64,000 bases of DNA from Planktothrix sp. GU0601_MAG3 (GCA_035193785.1 CP136572.1:2068578-2132577), one strand, 5' to 3'; numbered from the stretch's first letter, positions 1 through 11,061 are shown. Notes: generated from the sequence alone by a model not told the origin. Made by a program: numbers and translations.

Positions 1-1105
1 GAATTAATTTCCACAAGAAATCAGCATTTTTTAAAATAACTTCAGGTCTAATTTCTGTTAATTCTAAACATTTCGGGCTTAAATAGGTAAAACAGCCCTG
101 TTCTTGATGATTATATTGATGATATTGATAGGTGACTCCAGGGACATTTTCTGCCAATTGTTGGAAGCGAATTTGTGACTTTTGTAACGCTATTTCTGCA
201 TTTTTTCTGGCGGTGATATCCAAAGAAGTCCCGATAATTCGATAGATTTTTCCTCCGGGATCTAAAATGGGATTGAGGGTGGTTAAAGAAAAGGTTTGTT
301 TTTCCTGAAACCAAATTTCTTCCTCATATTGAATTGAGGTTTTAGCTTGAATACAATCTCGATAATGTTGTAGAACTTTTTCCCCTTCTAGCAAACCGAA
401 AATTTCCGTAAAGGTTTTTCCATAAACCTCGGCGGATTTCTGTCCGGTCATTTGTTCAGCTTTGGGATTCCAACCTAAACATCGAAAGTTGTTTTCATGA
501 AAAACTGCCACAACAAAAATAACCTGTTCTACGCCGTTATAAATATTTCTTAAAAATTCTTCTTGTTCTTCTAAAACCGCTTCGATTTTTTCCGGTTCTA
601 TTGAGTCATCTGAGGGATTAAACAAACTTAAAACTTGTTCAATTTTATCGGTCGCTATTCCTTCATTTTTGATGGTTTCAGGATAGCAAGGACAACAATT
701 CTGAGCTATTGGGGGTGGACTTTCTAAAATTAATCCATCGAAAATTAGATCGCCATTGGGTTGAGGACAAGCTTGGGCGATCGCAGATAAATACTTGATT
801 TTTCCTTCGGGAGTTTGATATTGCCATTGTCGTTGCCAAGGAATTAATTTTTGGGCGCAGGTTACAAGGGATTGAGTAAAAACCTGTTGATCCCAATCAT
901 TCATCCATCCCCACATTAAAGCGGAATTATGCTGAATTTCATCGGGTTCTCGCTCGTAAATTCTTCGGCAACTAGGACTAATATATAAATACTCTTGAGA
1001 ACCATCAGGGTGTAGCAGCAATTGATAAATTACCCCGGGCAAATTATCGGCGATCTGATGCAGATCTACTTGATACTGCTCACCCTGTGGAATTATGCTA
1101 GTCAT
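1..1105 (-). CDS. Multi-PAS-domain sensor protein, N-terminal part (runs off the window; output domain not visible)
   Basis: Manual translation from ATG at 1105: MTSIIPQGEQYQVDLHQIADNLPGVIYQLLLHPDGSQEYLYISPSC...GWNPKAEQMTG...IIGTSLDITARKNAEIALQKSQIRFQQLAENVPGVTYQY. Tandem PAS/PAC with a DIT motif. The frame appears open to base 1, so it is absent from the ORF track. Confidence 0.85.
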   Translation of the reverse strand, partial: MTSIIPQGEQYQVDLHQIADNLPGVIYQLLLHPDGSQEYLYISPSCRRIYEREPDEIQHNSALMWGWMNDWDQQVFTQSLVTCAQKLIPWQRQWQYQTPEGKIKYLSAIAQACPQPNGDLIFDGLILESPPPIAQNCCPCYPETIKNEGIATDKIEQVLSLFNPSDDSIEPEKIEAVLEEQEEFLRNIYNGVEQVIFVVAVFHENNFRCLGWNPKAEQMTGQKSAEVYGKTFTEIFGLLEGEKVLQHYRDCIQAKTSIQYEEEIWFQEKQTFSLTTLNPILDPGGKIYRIIGTSLDITARKNAEIALQKSQIRFQQLAENVPGVTYQYHQYNHQEQGCFTYLSPKCLELTEIRPEVILKNADFLWKLI

Positions 1106-1212
1106 GTTAAAGGTGCATCCGAAAACCTAAAGAAATTATATCGTTTCTTAGGGTTTTTTGAATCTCCAATTTCACAGAATCGGGTCTATATTTTACCCAA
1201 ATCCACTAGACT

Positions 1213-1615
1213 TCAGATATTAGACTTGACTGTCTGATTCAAAATTTTTTCAATCGTATGCAGTAGTTTTTCTTCAGAGAAAGGCTTGGTCAAATACTCC
1301 GTTGCCCCGGATAACCGACCCTCCACCTGATCCTGAGCCCCATCCCGGGAGGTGAGCATCACAATCGGCAGGTGATTAAAATTGGGTAATCCTCGTAAAA
1401 TTCGACACAGTTTCTAAACCATCCATTCCGGGCATGGAGACATCTAAAAGCATTAAGTCAATAGACTGCTGATGGAGTACCATTAATGCCTCAGTGGTAT
1501 TGTTGGCAAAAACTAGCTGATAGTGTTTTTCTAAAATCCGTTTCACCAGTTTTTGCACAGGGATGCTATCATCAACAGCGAGAACTGTACTCTGAGATTT
1601 TACAGATGTATACAT
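1213..1615 (-). CDS. Single-domain response regulator (CheY-like), one apparent frameshift at ~1412
   Basis: VLAVDDS...LLDVSMPGMDGLE, then after removing one base at GTTTC 1410-1414: LCRILRGLPNFNHLPIVMLTSRDG...GATEYLTKPFSEEKL, stop at 1213-1215. Confidence 0.85.
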
Positions 1616-1890
1616 CTTAAATACTCCACTTTATTCTCTAAATTTATGGACATTAGGCAGATTTTAGAATGAACTTTTTTGGTGGCATTGACCGTCATAT
1701 TAATTGATTATATCCCACCTAAAACTAATTTTTTTCCTGTGTTATGATCACTTTATTGAATCATATAAATCTTCACAATACAAAATAAAAATCAATGATT
1801 AATTTTCCATCTAAAACTAACCTATTTATCCTTTTGGGATATAATAACAGTGTCTCCTGTTTCAACTTATAAGGAGGGTGTGAGAAATCT

Positions 1891-3421
1891 ATGTCAACTC
1901 TGGATTACCAAGCAAAAAGAGCCTATCAAAGAGGAGTCAAATGGCTAGTGGTGATGACTCTATTAACTGGAGTCAGTTTAGCAAGTGTGGTTTTGTATTA
2001 TAAACTGCAAAAAAAGGACTCCGAAGCGGTTGCTGCGGGGTTACAGAAAGTGGAATTGGGAACAGTTGAAAACAAAATTAGTGAGGGGGGAACCGTTGTA
2101 TTGGGGGGAGAACGAACCATTAAATCCCCAAACGAGAGTGCAGTAGATCGGATTTTTGTGAAGGTAGGTGATCCGATTACTCAGGGTCAAAATTTAATTC
2201 GGTTAAGGTCTGCTGACGGGGAAAATTCCTTACTGCAAAAACAATTAGAGATTCAGAATAAAGAACTTGAAATAGAACGAAATCGCCAAAAAGTAGAAGA
2301 AGCAAAAACCAAATTAAGAAATTCCGAAATCACTTATAGAAATGAGTCAGAAAAGTATGAACAGCAAGTTAAATCCAAACAAAATGATAAAAGGATAAAA
2401 ATCAAAAAAGCTCAAGCAGAAATAGAACGCCAAAAAGAAAAATTGATTGAGATTCAAGAAGAAATAAATACTTTAGAAGTAGAATTAACTAAATCTAATT
2501 TGCTTTTAGAACGGGGGTTTATAGCCGAGAAAGAATTAGATGAAAAAAAATCAAAAATTCGCGAGCAAGAAGCCAATTTAAGAAATGAAAAATTAGCCTT
2601 AAAAAATCATATCTTTCAATTAGAAACCGATCAAAATGAATTTTTAGATGTCACACTCCCCACCAATGATACCTTATTAGCTGCTAAAATCGAACTCCAA
2701 CAGGTGCAGTCCGAGCTTCAACAAAGTTTAAGTGGACTTCAGCTACTCAAAGTACAATATAAAGAAGAAGAATCAGAGTTACAAAATAATCTTGTAACTT
2801 CACCTTTGGATGGGGTTGTACTAGATATTAATCTTAAACCCGGGGATGGAATTAACCGAGGAGATGATTTAATTACGATTGGAGACCCAAATCAAGAACT
2901 GGTTCAACTTCAGTTATCAACCCTGAATGCGGCTCAAGTTAAACCGAATCAAGTCGCCCGAATTACGATTATGGGCCCCAATCCCCAACCCTTTCTAGGA
3001 CGAGTTCAACAGGTGAATCGACAAGCTGTGTCCGACACTGATGATAGTCAATCTAGCAGTTCATCCGGTCAAGCAAAGGTTTCCTGCTACGGTCAGATTA
3101 GATCAACCAACCCGAGTATTAATTCCAGGGGGTCGGGTGAGTGTTGACATTATTTTAGAACAACAGAAAAACGTGATTGCGGTCAATACAGAAATGATTC
3201 AATCCGAAGGAAAATCGTCTTTTGTCTGGAAATTAGACGAGAATAATCAAGCCCAAAAACAACCCGTCACCCTGGGATTAGAAGATTTAACTAAAGTTGA
3301 AATCAAATCCGGTTTAAAAGTAGGTGATACCTTAGTAATTCCTCCAACCGATACCCCCCTACAACCGGGAATGGTGATTATTGAGGAAGAAAAAGATAAA
3401 AATTTGGACTCAGAAAGCTGA
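1891..3421 (+). CDS. Efflux RND/ABC periplasmic adaptor (HlyD/MFP family), apparent frameshift at ~3081
   Basis: N-terminal TM helix, lipoyl half-motifs (IFVKVGDPITQGQNL; VTSPLDGVV) and a long coiled coil. ORFs 1891-3147 and 3041-3421 join at GTTTC 3079-3083. Confidence 0.85.
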
Positions 3422-3478
3422 TGGGACTGTAAAATGCTATGATCAAAAGATTGGATTCATCCTTAATATTTTCAACCA

Positions 3479-5135
3479 ATGATTAACCCGTTAAAAACCC
3501 TATCGAATCGATTAAAAAATCTGCATCCATTCTCCCAAAAATTTCTCGCCCAATGGATTACTTTGTTCTGCTTTTGTTGTCTAATTCTGATTAGTTGTAC
3601 TCCCGACCAAAAAATCACATCTTCCCCAAATAATGGACGAATTGCCATAGGAACAACCTTAAAACTCCGCACCCTTGATCCAGCCGATGCCTATGAATTA
3701 ATTTCAGGAAATATCCTGTATAATTTAGGCGATCGCCTCTACGATTATGAACTAGGAACCAATCAACTGATCCCCAAATTAGCCACCGCCTTACCCACCC
3801 TGAGTGCCGATGGATTAACCTATACTATTCCATTAAGACAGGGGGTTTTGTTTCATGATCAAACCCCTTTTAATGCCGCGGCTATGGAGTTTTCTATTAA
3901 AAGATTTATTCAAAATGCCGGGTCTCCTTCCTCCTTATTAGCAGATACAATAGATACAGTTCAAGCAACAGGAGAATATGAATTAACCATTAAACTTAAA
4001 AAACCCTTTGCCGCCTTTCCTTCCCTATTAGCTTTTTCAGGAATTACGGCGGTTTCTCCCCAATTTTATGAAATTGGAGAAGGAAAATTTAAACCCAATG
4101 AATTTGTTGGAACGGGCCCTTATCAATTAAAATCCCTAGGAATTGATGTGATTCGCCTCGATGCTTTTGACCAATATTGGGGGGAAAAACCCGCCAATAG
4201 AGGCATCGATATTCAACGATTTTCAAGTTCCTCTAATTTATTTAATGCCTTTAGAAGTGGTGCAGTTGATCTGGCTTATTTATCCTTAAATCCCGATCAA
4301 ATTTCCAGTTTACAACAAGGAGCAGAAGCTGGGAAGTGGCAAATAATTTCTGCTAATGGAAATACTATTAACTATCTAGTGATTAATGTCAAATCTGAAC
4401 CTTTGAACCGGATAGAAGTTAGAAAAGCCCTCGCCGCTTTAATCAATCGTTCTATTATTAATGAACGAGTATTACAAAATCAAGGAGAAAAACTATTTAG
4501 CTTAATTCCTACAACCTTTAGCGATTATCAACCTACCTTTTATTTAAAATATGGTGATGGTAATATTGAAAAAGCCAAACAACTGTTAACCCAAGCTGGA
4601 TATACTCCAGAAAATCCGGCCATCGTTGAGCTTTGGTATGCGTCTAATTCCTCTAATAAAGGGTTTTTAGGATTAACCTTAAAAGCCTTAGCAGATAGGG
4701 ATTTAGGCGGTTTACTAAAATTACAACTCAATAGTGTAGAATCGACCACGGCCTTTAAATATTTAGAGGAGGGAATTTATCCCACTTTTGTCTTAGATTG
4801 GTATGCGGATTTTCTCGATGCGGATAACTATATTCAACCCTTTTTAGAATGTAGTCAAGGTTCGGTTGAAACTGGATGTGTCAAGGGTTCTAGTCAATAT
4901 CAGGGGTCTTTTTATTATAGCGATCGCATGAATCAATTAATTGCTCAACAGCGCCAAGAAACAAAACCCAGAAACTCGGAAATTAATCTTTCAGGAAATT
5001 CAAGAACTCCTCGCCGAAGATGTGCCTTATATTCCCCTTTGGCAAGATAAAACCTATGTTTTTGCTAAAAACGGAATTGACAATATTCGTTTACAATTAA
5101 CTCAACAATTGCCCTTTTGGACAATTAAAAAATAA
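3479..5135 (+). CDS. ABC transporter substrate-binding lipoprotein, family 5 (peptide/nickel), apparent frameshift at ~4960
   Basis: Lipobox-like LISC, then TLDPA, DGLTYTIPLRQGVLFHD and VGTGPY. The C-terminus continues in ORF 4941-5135 (ELLAEDVPYIPLW). Confidence 0.88.
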
Positions 5136-5145
5136 ACCGAATCCG

Positions 5146-5577
5146 ATGAAAAAACTACTCCTATCCCTATCCGTTGCTAGTCTATCCATTCTGTCTATAA
5201 TTAACCCCTCCATGGCTTCCGATGCTCTCAGTGGAACCTCTTGGAAATTAATATCCTGGGGGAATGAAAAATCCACCCAAACGCCCCTAGATGAAACGGA
5301 AATCACCCTAGAATTTGAAAATAATCAAATTAGTGGTTCATCGAGTTGTAACCGTTATTTTGCCTCCTACACCCTCAAGGATGAACAATTAAAATTTGGT
5401 GTAGCCGGGAGAACTCAAATGGCCTGTCCCGAAGAAATTATGAAGCAAGAAGATCAATTTCTTTCAGCTTTAGAAAAAACTCGGACTTTTCAGATTAATT
5501 CCGAAGGTAAACTACAAATTGAATATCAAACAAATCAAGGATCTGGGGTAATGATATTTACCCCAAACCAACCGTAG
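5146..5577 (+). CDS. META/HslJ-domain secreted protein
   Basis: Signal peptide, then LSGTSWKL, ISGSSSCNRYFASY and TQMACPEEIMKQEDQFLSAL, typical of the META domain. Confidence 0.88.
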   Translation: MKKLLLSLSVASLSILSIINPSMASDALSGTSWKLISWGNEKSTQTPLDETEITLEFENNQISGSSSCNRYFASYTLKDEQLKFGVAGRTQMACPEEIMKQEDQFLSALEKTRTFQINSEGKLQIEYQTNQGSGVMIFTPNQP

Positions 5578-5630
5578 TAAGTCCTTTAGGACTCTCTATA
5601 TTTGAGTCCTTTAGGACTTACTACTTTTTA
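5574..5630. repeat. GTAG...CTAC REP-like double-hairpin element (left copy), inverted relative to 8024-8080
   Basis: gtagtaagtcctttaggactctctatatttgagtcctttaggacttactac-ttttta. Its reverse complement closely matches 8024-8080 and 7973-8023. Confidence 0.85.
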
Positions 5631-5636
5631 TGAAAA

Positions 5637-6338
5637 TTAATCTTGAGATAGAATAGCAATTAGTTGAGCTTTCTTCATCTTTGAATATCCTTTAATATTT
5701 AGTTCTTTCGCAATTTTTTTGAGTTCAACTAAAGTCATAGCATCATATTTTAACTTTGTTATGAGTTTAGCAAGATTATCCGTTAAATTATTAACAGTAT
5801 TTTCAAGCTGTTGTAATCGATGATTCATCTGTGTATTTTCAGAAGATATCGTTTGAGATAACGCTTGAAATTTAGTGTTAATATCTTTCATCAATTCCCG
5901 CATTTGTTGTTTTAATTGTAATTCTAAAGGAGGTTGTTCTTGTCTGATCACTTCAGACGTTAGGGGTTGAATTGAACCCCCACCAAACAATTTTTCCATT
6001 TCAGTTTTCATGGTAATTGCTTGTTCATCTGTCAAATCAAAAACCCAAACCCAAAGACGTTCAATTTCTAATTCTTCAGCGACGATACACCAATCTGCAC
6101 CATAAACAATTTCATATTCTTTTTCATCATCATAAGCTTTAGTTCGTCGTACAACTAAAGACCCTAAATTACTTTGATGTTCCTTGAGTGTTTGTGCTAA
6201 AATTTCTCGTCTTTCTGGTAAAATTTCTATCATTTCTGCATTCGGTATAGCAATTTGAAACGTATGAATTTGACCATGAGTAATAGGTTGAATTCCTAAA
6301 TAAGATCCAATTTGAATCCGACGATCTGATAAACTCAT
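5637..6338 (-). CDS. Degenerate ParB-like N-domain + coiled coil + Rho-termination-factor N-terminal (Rho_N)-like domain protein
   Basis: LAQTLKEHQSNLGSLVVRR...YEIVYGADWCIVAEELEIERLWVWVFDLTDEQA follows the ParB-N pattern but lacks GxxR. The C-terminal YDAMTLVELKKIAKELNIKGYSKMKKAQLIAIL is Rho_N-like. Confidence 0.7.
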   Translation of the reverse strand: MSLSDRRIQIGSYLGIQPITHGQIHTFQIAIPNAEMIEILPERREILAQTLKEHQSNLGSLVVRRTKAYDDEKEYEIVYGADWCIVAEELEIERLWVWVFDLTDEQAITMKTEMEKLFGGGSIQPLTSEVIRQEQPPLELQLKQQMRELMKDINTKFQALSQTISSENTQMNHRLQQLENTVNNLTDNLAKLITKLKYDAMTLVELKKIAKELNIKGYSKMKKAQLIAILSQD

Positions 6339-6343
6339 CGATT

Positions 6344-7840
6344 TTAACTCCCTTTTTTAGAAACTTTAACTAAGTGTTGAGCTAAGTCCAGATAACGTTC
6401 ACTGGCTTTTTGGGCGGCTTCCTTTTCTGGAAAGGTCAATTGATCATCAAATTCCGAGGAAAAAATTGGATATCCTTTATCGGGACAGTTAGAAACAATA
6501 TTCAGCCGAGGAACCCAAGTATGTTCAGGGAATAACTCAATATTGTCTTGTTCTCCCACTTTATCTAATATTTCAAAAATACGACTTCTCATCGACAGAT
6601 TAAAACTGGAGGAACGTTGATCATACATACTCACAACAATTCCTAAAATCGGTAAAGGTTCTTCTTTATATTCCCCAACTTTGCGTGCTTGATCAATGAC
6701 ATATTCTAAGGCTCTAACCGGATAAGGAGATAATTGTGTAGGAATTAGAATTCCTGAAGAAGCCATCAAGGAAATCCCATTCACTTTACTAAAAGAGGGA
6801 GGAGGATCAATTAAAACAAAATCATAATGATGATTTCTGAGTTTCTTGGCTAAAACTCTATCAATATCAACAATTCTAACCAAATCCGCTTCCATCTGAC
6901 TTAATCTAATATGAGACGGAACTAAATGCAACTTTAGATTCCCCCATTTTTTTTGAATGACTATATCCTCTAGTTTAACTCTTGGATCAATTAATAAATG
7001 GGTAATATCTTTTTTACCTTGATTTTCAATATCCTCTAAGGGGTCAATTCCTAAACCCATTGTTAAGTTAGCTTGAGCATCCATATCAATCAAAAGCACG
7101 TTATAACCTAAATGATTTAAGGCGGCTCCTAAATTAATCGTCATCGTGGTTTTACCCACTCCACCTTTATTATTAAACACCGTAATGATCATCGATTTAT
7201 TCTCCTGATTAGAATTAGCAATAAATTTTGATTCTGGCTGCTCCGAATTTTTTCCTGATGATTGAGGAGGTTCGTAATTAGGCTTTTTACGTTGCTTAAA
7301 TAATCCTAACATAGTTGGATTTTGGAATGAGTTGGAAATAGCGGTTAAAAACCGAGCATGAACTTTTTGTTGACTTCTATGTAACGCTTGACTAAATTTT
7401 AATCCTATTTCTTTACCCAATAATTTACGCACGAGTTGAAAATCTTGAATCAGTTGGGATTGAGAATATGTTAAAATTGTCTGGATATCCCCACTATAAT
7501 TATAGAGAATTCTAAACTCATAGCCATTGGTTAATAACCCCAAAATAGCTCCCGACTTTCTCATATAATCATGAATCTGCCAACTCGAATAAAAAATTTT
7601 TTTATGGGGTGCTTTAACTTCAATGATTAAATAGGGGGGATGAGGTGCAACTGCATCATGAGGATGAACACAAAAATCAACTCTAACTTTACGAATAACG
7701 GTTTGTTCCCGCCAGTCCTGAGCGTTATAGCCTAAAATATCCAATAGAGGGATAATAATATTTTGCTCAATATCCGATTCACTACTGGCGGGTGTAATTG
7801 ATGTAAACCCTTGAGAAAGCGTTGAATTTGTTAATAGCAT
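6344..7840 (-). CDS. Fusion of a type I restriction HsdR N-terminal-like PD-(D/E)xK nuclease domain and a ParA/Soj-family ATPase
   Basis: N-terminus: SESDIEQNIIIPLLDILGY...RVDF...IIEVKAP...QIHDY...LLTNGYEF. C-terminus: deviant Walker A NNKGGVGKTT, DMDAQAN and IDPPPS. Confidence 0.85.
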   Translation of the reverse strand: MLLTNSTLSQGFTSITPASSESDIEQNIIIPLLDILGYNAQDWREQTVIRKVRVDFCVHPHDAVAPHPPYLIIEVKAPHKKIFYSSWQIHDYMRKSGAILGLLTNGYEFRILYNYSGDIQTILTYSQSQLIQDFQLVRKLLGKEIGLKFSQALHRSQQKVHARFLTAISNSFQNPTMLGLFKQRKKPNYEPPQSSGKNSEQPESKFIANSNQENKSMIITVFNNKGGVGKTTMTINLGAALNHLGYNVLLIDMDAQANLTMGLGIDPLEDIENQGKKDITHLLIDPRVKLEDIVIQKKWGNLKLHLVPSHIRLSQMEADLVRIVDIDRVLAKKLRNHHYDFVLIDPPPSFSKVNGISLMASSGILIPTQLSPYPVRALEYVIDQARKVGEYKEEPLPILGIVVSMYDQRSSSFNLSMRSRIFEILDKVGEQDNIELFPEHTWVPRLNIVSNCPDKGYPIFSSEFDDQLTFPEKEAAQKASERYLDLAQHLVKVSKKGS

Positions 7841-7972
7841 GAAGTGAACAGATGCACTTTTATCTCATCATATCTGCCTGATCAACAATTAACATCAGTG
7901 TAATTACTGATTTTCTGTAATTTTATTTGACTTAAAAATAAGAACAAAATACGGATGAATTAATTTAAAACT

Positions 7973-8080
7973 GTAGTGAGTCCTTGAGGACTCAAATATA
8001 GATAGTCCTAAAGGACTTACTACTAAAAAGTAGTGAGTCCTTCAAAAATCAAATATAGAGAGTCCTAAAGGACTCACTAC
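7973..8080. repeat. Two tandem copies (7973-8023, 8030-8080) of the GTAG...CTAC REP-like element
   Basis: gtagtgagtccttgaggactcaaatatagatagtcctaaaggacttactac / taaaaa / gtagtgagtccttcaaaaatcaaatatagagagtcctaaaggactcactac. Confidence 0.85.
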
Positions 8081-8089
8081 TAAGTCTAA

Positions 8090-9137
8090 TTACTGCTTGT
8101 ATTCACTGAAAGAAACATAAGCATTTTCAGCATCATATAAATGACACTGATCCACAATATGAGTCATTAAAGACCAGGAAAAATCACATTCAGGATAGAG
8201 ATATTCACCCCAATTATCTTGAATACTTTTATAGGCTTTCCGTAAATTGTAGGAAGGAATAGCCGTAGAAATATGGTGGGGAATGTGAACATTAATATCG
8301 TGACAGAAAAACTCAACCCAAGCTGGATAATTGCAGTGAACCGTTTCCCGATAATTGGGCTAGGGCTTCATTCCAATCTTCAGGTTCTTGAAACTTAATA
8401 TCTGGGGCAGTGTGGTGAACAATCGTGAAGGTACTCATCCAGAAATGGTATACTAACCAAGGCATTAACCAGAATTTAACAACGCCCCAAATTCCGATGG
8501 TAAAAATCATTGTAGGAAATGCGATCGCCGCACATCCAATCACAAATAAAGCAGAAAATTTTACCTGTTCCTCTCCTTTCCCTTCAAACTTGCGCCAATC
8601 AAAGTTAACAATTGCCCAATGCAAAATTGAACCTAACCACCACAGTCTGGCTCGGGTTAATTTATAAGCAATTTGTACGATTTTAGGAGACGCTTCATAA
8701 TTCTCAATTTTCCAGGGTTCCCAAGCATTATCTTCCGTCAGTTTATTGGTATGTTTATGATGATGATTATGTCCTAAACGCCAACCATGGAAGGGATAAA
8801 TTAAAGGAAGAAATGCCAGATGACCGACTAAATCATTGATCCAACGACGGTTAGAAAAAGAACGATGTCCACAGTCGTGACCAATGACGAAAAACCCCGT
8901 TAATGCTGTCCCGGTAAAAACCCAAGCCAAGGGTAAAAGAAACCAGGGAGAGTAAGCGATCGCAAAATAGCCCACAACCACCAGAAGAACATTAACAATA
9001 ACAGTCAGCCAAGCTTTTTTCTGATCCTTCAGAAAAACTTCCCGAGGGAGGCTTTTGACAATTTCTTTTAAACGTAAATCAGATGGAAAACTAGCAGAAG
9101 ATACTGAGGTTTGAGGTTGAACAGATGATAATGTCAT
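8090..9137 (-). CDS. desA: Delta-12 acyl-lipid (fatty acid) desaturase, apparent frameshift at ~8345
   Basis: His boxes HDCGH and HNHHH, plus a third box (HIPHH) after removing one base at GTTTC 8343-8347. DesA-like N-terminus [15 protein letters not shown]. Confidence 0.85.
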
Positions 9138-9416
9138 AGAATCTTTTAAACTTTTAAATCCCTCAGCACTGGGGGCTAGGGTAATACTAGGATTGCGTGG
9201 TTTTATCTTCCCAATTTTTGGGTAGTCTGATCAATTACCTAATTTGACACGGGAAACTATACCTGCATGGGACAAACAGGCACTTTCCATTGCTCCATTT
9301 CAGTCCGACTCCGATGGTAACCGCCTCTAAACAGAGTCCATAAAAAGCTAGGGTATTTAGCGGTTTTTGCTAAACCCAGCTAGTGATGATCGGGGGAGTA
9401 GAACTTAGGGTACAAC

Positions 9417-9671
9417 TCAACAAGTCTTTGCGGGTGAGGTTGTTTCTTGGCGCTGTTGCTTGATGGTTTGCAATTCTAGGAGCAAGGTTTCAACTTCAGC
9501 GTGCAAATGCAGAAACTTCACTTGCTGATCGGCGTTGTACAGATTTTTCATCGTATCAATCGTCAGTGGCTTAGACATAACAGAACCGGAAGTCCGGCTT
9601 GAAGGGGCATCTAAGGTTTGAGTCCCAGATACGGTGGATGAACGGGTGGGCATCAGCAGTTGATTTGACAT
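9417..9671 (-). CDS. Small hypothetical protein with a short coiled coil
   Basis: 84-aa ORF. ADQQVKFLHLHAEVETLLLELQTIKQ resembles a small cyanobacterial hypothetical family (from memory, not searched). Confidence 0.6.
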   Translation of the reverse strand: MSNQLLMPTRSSTVSGTQTLDAPSSRTSGSVMSKPLTIDTMKNLYNADQQVKFLHLHAEVETLLLELQTIKQQRQETTSPAKTC

Positions 9672-9932
9672 CTAAAAATGTTAGCTCAACAAATCTTAAC
9701 TATATTTTACCCTGAACGTTTACCCCTATGAAAAAAAATATCAAAATTGATTAGTTTTTTCACGGAATGTAAACGAGAAGGTAAACTAAATTAAGGAATA
9801 CACCCAACGGCTGATCCTGTCAACTGATAAAGTTTATGGATTCACACCGTTGAGAGCATTCCCAGATATCATAAATGTCTCTATTTGTCAATCCTTAACC
9901 GGATTATTTTTTGTTTATTAACTACTACCGAG

Positions 9933-11026
9933 ATGACGTTGACTTTGCCTACAACCCAGTCCTCATTAAAGTGCTGGCCCGGTCTGATTGAAGCCTACCG
10001 CAACTATTTACCTGTTTCTGAATCTACCCCCGTTATCACCCTACAAGAAGGCAACACGCCCCTGATTCCGGCCCCAACTATTTCCGAAATCATTGGCAAA
10101 CGGGTGCAGGTCTATGTGAAATATGACGGACTCAACCCCACAGGCAGTTTCAAAGACCGCGGCATGACCATGGCGATTTCCAAAGCCAAAGAGGAAGGCA
10201 GCAAAGCCGTCATCTGTGCCAGTATACCGGAAATACCTCCGCCGCGGCCGCAGCCTATGCCCGCCGGGCAGGGATGAAAGCCTTTGTTTTGATTCCCGAT
10301 GGTTATGTGGCCTTGGGGAAACTAGCCCAAGCGTTATTATATGGGGCGGAAGTCTTAGCGATTAAGGGAAATTTTGACAAGGCGCTCAATATTGTGCGAG
10401 AGATGGCCGAACATTACCCGATTACCTTAGTTAATTCTGTCAATCCCTATCGTTTAGAAGGCCAAAAAACCGCCGCCTTTGAGGTAGTGGACGCCCTGGG
10501 AGACGCCCCCGACTGGTTATGTATTCCGGTGGGCAATGCCGGGAATATTAGTGCCTATTGGATGGGATTTTGTCAATATCATGCCCTTGGCAAATGTTCC
10601 CGTTTACCCCAAATGATGGGATTTCAAGCGGCTGGAGCCGCACCGTTAGTATTTGGCCATCCGGTGGAAAACCCCGAAACCTTAGCCACGGCCATCCGCA
10701 TCGGAAATCCGGCCAGTTGGGATATTGCTGTTGCTGCTAAAGATGCCAGTCAAGGTAGTTTTAACGCCGTCACCGATGCTGAAATTCTCGACGCCTATAG
10801 GTTATTGGCTTCTGGGGAAGGAATTTTCTGTGAGCCCGCTAGTGCCGCGTCCGTTGCGGGATTATTGAAAGTGAAAGATCAGGTTCCAGAAGGAATTAAA
10901 ATTGTTTGTGTGTTAACCGGAAATGGGTTAAAAGATCCCGATACGGCGATTACCCACAGCAACAATAAATTCAAAGCTGGAATTGCACCAGAAATGGAAG
11001 CGGTGGCAACGGTCATGGGATTTTAA
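9933..11026 (+). CDS. thrC: Threonine synthase, apparent frameshift at ~10224
   Basis: EGNTPL, PLP lysine motif [13 protein letters not shown](TGNTS), PVGNAGN and CEPASAAS. Confidence 0.92.
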
Positions 11027-11033
11027 TTTGTTA

Positions 11034-11061
11034 GTAGAGGCGTTGGATGCAGCGTCTCTAC
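11034..11061. repeat. GTAG-type REP-like palindrome
   Basis: gtagaggcgttggatgcagcgtctctac, the same family as 42478, the 43612 array and 61522. Confidence 0.75.

Noticed and set aside
111..1237. Short ORFs 111-314, 678-896 and 1022-1237
   Set aside because: They are off-frame or antisense shadows of the long PAS-sensor frame running from 1105 to the window edge.
5637..7840. Canonical parAB partition locus or type I restriction-modification system
   Set aside because: The ParB-like protein lacks the GxxR motif and an HTH, the ParA is fused to a nuclease-like domain, and no hsdM/hsdS or helicase domain is present.
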